Below, piece after piece: positions 60,101 through 64,000 of a stretch of DNA of 64,000 nucleotides. A model generated the notes under the pieces. That model was not told the DNA's origin and did no database searches. It worked only from the letters and a program-made list of their open reading frames with translations. The position numbers and the translations under genes were made by a program. Source of the DNA: Candidatus Saccharimonadia bacterium (lineage in GTDB: Bacteria; Patescibacteriota; Saccharimonadia; UBA4664; JBBRNT01); NCBI GenBank assembly GCA_038230095.1, contig JBBRNT010000005.1:18619-82618 (forward strand), read 5' to 3'. Within the stretch, counting starts at the first letter, position 1, and each line of letters starts with the position of its first letter.

Positions 60101-60740
60101 GCTCACCATCATCGGCGCCCTTGAAGAGAGCCTTGATCTCTTCATCGCTACCAAAACCAAAGGCACGTAGCAGAGTGGTCACCGGCAGCTTGCGCTTACG
60201 ATCGATTTTAACGGAGATAACGCCACCGGCGCTGGTTTCCAGCTCCAGCCAGGCGCCACGGCCAGGAATAACCTTGGCACCAAACAGCTCGAGGCCGCTG
60301 GATGCGTCGGAAGTAAAGAAGACGCCGGCGCTGCGAACCAACTGGCTCACGACGACACGCTCAACACCGTTGATGATGAAGGTACCGCGCTCGGTCATCC
60401 ATGGGTAATCACCCAAAAAGACTTCCTGCTGTTTGACCTCTCCGGTCTCTTTGTTGACAAGCTCAACATTGACCTTCAGTGGGACTTCGTAGGAAGCGTT
60501 CTTTAGCTTGGCAGTTTTTTCGTCGTACTTAGGCTCTTCAAAGTGAAAATCCTTAAAGTACAGGGCGAGGTTCTTGCCAGTGAAGTCTTCGATCGGGCTG
60601 ACTTCTGATAGGAGCTCTTTGAGTCCTTCGGTAATGAACCAGTCGAAAGACTGGGTCTGAATCTCGATGAGATTGGGCAGCTGTTGGACTTCGGGCTTGC
60701 TGCTGAGGTACTTACGGGCCGGATGGTTGGGCTGGGCCAA
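57198..60740 (-). CDS. rpoB: RNA polymerase beta subunit (TTG start)
   Basis: [38 protein letters not shown]. Confidence 0.99.
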   Translation of the reverse strand: MAQPNHPARKYLSSKPEVQQLPNLIEIQTQSFDWFITEGLKELLSEVSPIEDFTGKNLALYFKDFHFEEPKYDEKTAKLKNASYEVPLKVNVELVNKETGEVKQQEVFLGDYPWMTERGTFIINGVERVVVSQLVRSAGVFFTSDASSGLELFGAKVIPGRGAWLELETSAGGVISVKIDRKRKLPVTTLLRAFGFGSDEEIKALFKGADDGELKLIDETLDKDPSSTTSEALMEVYRRIRPGDLATVENSKSLIESMFFDFKRYDFSKVGRYKVNKRLGLDVENIPDNRVLRREDLVAIVTEIINLHNGRGVADDIDNLANRRLKMVGELIQGKFRIGLLRMERIVKDRMSVYDIATVTPGQLINVRPIVASVREFFASSQLSQFMDQVNPLAEIAHKRRLNAMGPGGLSRERAGFEVRDVHKTHYGRMCPIETPEGPNIGLVLNLASFARVNEYGFIEAPYRVVIGEVAVADVAGHIARTTLKDTSGTVVAKPGDTITAAMAKKLAKHEGLIPVKAKVSEEVVYLDAADEKYAVITEANTEVGDDGYFTNARVSVRRSGEAEEEDSNTVRFMDVSSRQIVSVSTALIPFLEHDYARRALMGANMQKQAVALIKPQSPVVGTGIEGVVARDSGQVIVAEADGVVDKATASEVTVTYKNGQTKNYELLNFVRSNVGTSIHQRTVAESGWNVKKGDVLVDGMSTDKGELALGQNILVAFMNFAGFNFEDAVVLSQSLVKDDRFTSIHIETYTVDVRDTKLGPEVITRDIANVSEDSLKDLDETGIVRIGAEVVAGDILVGKITPKGEQELSSEEKLLRAIFGEKARDVKDTSLRMPNGERGKVVGVKVFSRENGDELPPGVIEQLQVSVAQMRKISVGDKMAGRHGNKGVIARILPIEDMPYLEDGTPVDMILNPLGVGARMNLGQIFETHLGWAATTLGYKVATPVFDGVTLEEIKGELRKAGLPEDGKVQLFDGRSGEPFQERTTVGYKYMLKLTHMVDDKIHARSTGPYAMVTQQPLGGKAQMGGQRFGEMEVWALEAYGAAHTLQEILTIKSDDVVGRSKAYEAIIKNEPIRGPRIPESFNVLVKELQSLGLAVDLIRTDHSGEVDSEVDAETVISAETDLEVTDLGSEKLMIGDAVVADMPLVDLAGESEDEFAVLAEQSESPDNDATEVNAEMEV

Positions 60741-60922
60741 GGGTGGACTCCTATTCTCTAATTACACACATCGCTTTTGGTCGTAACGCGGCGATGGGGG
60801 CTGTTGTAATGATAGAGAGGCTTTTCTAAACACATAAAACTGGGGGACAAGGCACATTCCCCAGTCATATTAAATTTAAGCATTCCTCTTGCAACAAATC
60901 CTACGCACTCCAGGCCCTATTG

Positions 60923-62209
60923 TCAAGCTTTTAACCCGACCTTCTTTGGTCGGGTAATGACAATGAGCTGCCACCCAGCCAGCAGCGTCAGCGCGAGGCC
61001 GAGGAAAACCAGAATCTTGGCTACACCAAACGCATCAGCTAAAGTAGCGGCTATTAGCACGGGCAGCGTTGAGGCAATGTTCATAACCATATTAAGTGAC
61101 CCGAAGACCTTGCCGCGTTCAGCGTCGGTCGTGTTTTCTTGGAGTATAGTCTGGGCCGTTGTCGATAGAATGGCATTACCGGCACCCAGTGCCAAGACAA
61201 TAACTGCGACCGTCAGCTGGGCAATAAGCACGGTAGGCGTACCATAGCCGAGACCAAGAAAGTGAAACTCCGTACTAAGGCCCAATGCCAGTAGAATAAG
61301 TGCCGTCGCAAAGGCACTGTAGCGGACTATCTTGAGCTTCTCATGCAGGATGCGGGTGACAAACCCGACGCCGATAACGCCCACAACCATGCCTAGACCA
61401 GCTGGGACAATGAGGTACTGGCTCACGTCTGTCAGCTGGGCGCCCAGGACAGTCATGGCAATGGCTGGGGCAAGGGTAAGAATGGTGCCAAGTACTGCCT
61501 GGACTGTGGCGAGCTGCAGAATCGGAAAATACAGCTTGGGCGTAGAAAAGATCATGCGGGTGTTGGTATTAAGCTCATGCCAGGTCTTGGCAAATATTTC
61601 AGTAATACTCTGGGTAAGCCAAGAGCTTGGCTTAAGTGACGGTAACCCAATGCTGAGCAGCGACGCAGCGGCAAACATGACGGTGGCAAAGCCAAACGGA
61701 GCCATCGGTCCGAATAGTTTTATAAGCGGCGCGGATACGGAGTACCCCAATACGAAGGTGGCGTAGAAGCTGAGCACAAACAGCGAGTTGGCAGCCAGTA
61801 GATCTGGACCCTTTACTAGGGCAGGTATGCTCGCGGCCTCGGCCGGGGTAAAGAACTGGGTGACACTCGCAATGACAAAGCTCAGGATAAACAACTCAAG
61901 AAGATTGTGGCTGAAGACAAAGAAGCCGAGGACCAGCAACGCCCGTACTAGGTTACTGACGAGCATGACAATCCGACGATCCCAGTGGTCCACAAACACA
62001 CCGGCTACCGACGCAAATAGTACGGATGGGACACCATAGCTAAGTACGACGAGCGCCACCGAAATATTGGCAAACCGGGTACCCTGGGCAAGCGTATAAA
62101 CTAGAATGATAAGCGCAAAGTTCAGGAGGTGCTGAGCGGTGGCAGAGAGCATTTGCGCGCCCCAGAGCTTGGCAAAAGGGCGATTGCGGGCGACAAAACG
62201 GAAATCCAC
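60923..62209 (-). CDS. MFS transporter
   Basis: GVFVDHWDRR motif A, about 12 TMs, RGKVFG. Confidence 0.9.
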   Translation of the reverse strand: MDFRFVARNRPFAKLWGAQMLSATAQHLLNFALIILVYTLAQGTRFANISVALVVLSYGVPSVLFASVAGVFVDHWDRRIVMLVSNLVRALLVLGFFVFSHNLLELFILSFVIASVTQFFTPAEAASIPALVKGPDLLAANSLFVLSFYATFVLGYSVSAPLIKLFGPMAPFGFATVMFAAASLLSIGLPSLKPSSWLTQSITEIFAKTWHELNTNTRMIFSTPKLYFPILQLATVQAVLGTILTLAPAIAMTVLGAQLTDVSQYLIVPAGLGMVVGVIGVGFVTRILHEKLKIVRYSAFATALILLALGLSTEFHFLGLGYGTPTVLIAQLTVAVIVLALGAGNAILSTTAQTILQENTTDAERGKVFGSLNMVMNIASTLPVLIAATLADAFGVAKILVFLGLALTLLAGWQLIVITRPKKVGLKA

Positions 62210-62224
62210 TAGAGGTGAGCCTCG

Positions 62225-62833
62225 TTACTTGGTACTGTGTTGTATTATACCGTCTATCAGGCCATATTGCTTGGCTTCGTCAGCTGTCATGTAGTTGTCG
62301 CGGTCCGTGTCCTTGGCAATCTGTTCCACAGTCTGTCCGGTATCGGCAGCGAGAATTCGATTTAAACGTTCACGGGTTTTGAGCATTTCGCGGGCATAAA
62401 TGTCCACCTCGGTAGCCTGGCCACCGACGCCTTCGGTCAGCGGCTGGTGGATCATTACCTGGGCGTTGGGCAGCGCAAAGCGCTTGCCCTTGGTGCCACC
62501 AGCCAGCAGTACGGCGCCGAAGGAGGCGGCCATGCCCATGACAATGGTGGAAATGTCTGGCTTCACATACTTCATGGTGTCGTAGATAGCGAGACCAGCC
62601 GAGACGCTACCGCCCGGGGAGTTTATGTACATGATAATGTCACGCTTGGGGTCTTCGGCCTCCAGGAATAGGAGCTGGGCGATTACCAGATTGGCCACGT
62701 CGCTATCAATAGCGGTACCAACGAACATAATTCGGTCCTTGAGCAGGCGGGAGTAAATGTCATAGGCACGCTCGCCTTGGCTGGTCTTCTCCAAAACTGT
62801 AGGGATTAGGATGGACGAATTTTTGATCGACAT
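62225..62833 (-). CDS. clpP: ATP-dependent Clp protease proteolytic subunit
   Basis: DIYSRLL, YINSPGG, AASFG, MIHQP, DRD. Confidence 0.97.
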   Translation of the reverse strand: MSIKNSSILIPTVLEKTSQGERAYDIYSRLLKDRIMFVGTAIDSDVANLVIAQLLFLEAEDPKRDIIMYINSPGGSVSAGLAIYDTMKYVKPDISTIVMGMAASFGAVLLAGGTKGKRFALPNAQVMIHQPLTEGVGGQATEVDIYAREMLKTRERLNRILAADTGQTVEQIAKDTDRDNYMTADEAKQYGLIDGIIQHSTK

Positions 62834-62870
62834 GGTGTACTCCTCATTACTGCCATTTTGACATAGCAAA

Positions 62871-62897
62871 CTGGCACTTACAATAGCCGAGTGCTAG
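62871..62897. promoter_or_regulatory. CIRCE-like HrcA operator upstream of clpP
   Basis: CTGGCACTT-N9-GAGTGCTAG versus consensus TTAGCACTC-N9-GAGTGCTAA. Confidence 0.65.
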
Positions 62898-62905
62898 TTT
62901 CTGAG

Positions 62906-64000
62906 CTATTTGGCGTCCGAGTAGGCAATAATCTTGTCGATAGTGCGAAGGCTCATAAGGTGATTATAGACATCTTCGCGGGTCTCAGCCTTATCCAGCT
63001 CGCTGCGTAGCTCGGCGTCCTGGTAGTTCTGGCGGAGTCGGGCCAGCTCGGAGTCTATGTCTTCGTTACTCACTACTACACCTTCGGCCTTGGCAATTTC
63101 TGTCAGGAGCATCGCCAGGCCAACGCGCTTCTCGGCGGTGGGCTTGAGCTCTTCCTCGATCTGCGCCACGGTCTTGCCGGTGGCCTGAGCATAGCGCTCT
63201 AAGTCGAGGCCACTGGAGCCGAGGTTCTCAACCAGATCGCTCTTGAGCCGCTCAATCTGTTGCTCGAGTAGCCGGGCCGGCACGGTGTACTTGGACTTGG
63301 CAAGCAGCTCTTCCAGAACGTCATTCTCGTACTGCTTGTGGGCCTGCTCTTGGCGCTCGTGCCCGATGGCAACTTCCACGTCCTTGCGCAGCTCTGCCAT
63401 GGTCTTAAACTCACTCACCTTGGCAGCAAACTCGTCGTTGAGTTCGGGGCTGGTAATGGCAGTAACCTCATTGACAGTAATCTTGAACTCTACTGGCTGA
63501 CCGGCCAAGGTGGCTTCGTGATAGTCCTTGGGGAAGGTAATGGTAAAGGTCTTCTCGGCGCCGGCGGATAGCCCTATGAGCTGCTCTTCGAAGCCGGGGA
63601 TAAAGGAATTGGAGCCAAGAACTAGCTTGTAATGCTTCGAGGTAGCACCGGGAACGGCTACACCGGCGCGGGTGCCGGCGAAGTCGAAGTCTATCTCATC
63701 GCCCGTAGTGGCAGCTCGGTCTGCTGGCTTGCGCTCAGCGGAGCGCTTGGCCAGATCACTTAAGACCTGGTCAATATCTGCGGTAGTGATCTTGGTCTCT
63801 GTGCGCTTGACCTTAATCTTCTTGTAGTCGGGCAGGGTGACGGGAGGCATAATCTCGGCCGTGGCGGTGTACTCAATCTCGGTAAATGGCACGAACTTGG
63901 TAATATCCACCTTGGGTGAGGCAATGACGGGCAGCTCATACTGGCGTACGGCGCTGGCATAACTAAACTGCAGTAGATCATCTATTACCTCGGACTGCAC
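62906..64000 (-). CDS. tig: trigger factor (5' end outside window)
   Basis: DFAG, LGSNSFIPGFEEQLIG, FPKDYH, ELNDEFA; tig-clpP synteny. Confidence 0.95.
   Translation of the reverse strand: MQSEVIDDLLQFSYASAVRQYELPVIASPKVDITKFVPFTEIEYTATAEIMPPVTLPDYKKIKVKRTETKITTADIDQVLSDLAKRSAERKPADRAATTGDEIDFDFAGTRAGVAVPGATSKHYKLVLGSNSFIPGFEEQLIGLSAGAEKTFTITFPKDYHEATLAGQPVEFKITVNEVTAITSPELNDEFAAKVSEFKTMAELRKDVEVAIGHERQEQAHKQYENDVLEELLAKSKYTVPARLLEQQIERLKSDLVENLGSSGLDLERYAQATGKTVAQIEEELKPTAEKRVGLAMLLTEIAKAEGVVVSNEDIDSELARLRQNYQDAELRSELDKAETREDVYNHLMSLRTIDKIIAYSDAK

Overview
Core-genome window from a CPR/Patescibacteria-type bacterium, most likely Saccharibacteria (no rpmD/L30 between rpsE and rplO, GAD-less AspS, N-terminally extended L1). 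Almost all core genes lie on the minus strand: tig-clpP-MFS, rpoBC, rpsL-rpsG, fusA, tuf, rpsJ, the S10-spc-alpha ribosomal block, rplM-rpsI, four tRNAs, rpmG, aspS, secE-nusG-rplK-rplA, dcd and tmk-thyX. The str operon is split by accessory islands made of small units, each with its own promoter and terminator. The best candidate for an undescribed system lies in the rpsG-fusA island: a stand-alone 322-aa retron-like reverse transcriptase (45280-46248; NAxxH, FADD, VTICG) preceded by an approximately 600-nt, densely base-paired non-coding leader with its own sigma70-type promoter. I found no canonical msr-msd layout and no co-transcribed effector. Other highlights are an unassigned ~290-nt structured ncRNA (35.2-35.5 kb), a structured spacer where tRNA-Gly normally sits, a shared 3' signature on accessory units, and an RCK channel lacking the K+ filter. 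All calls were made by eye; no database searches or folding programs were run.
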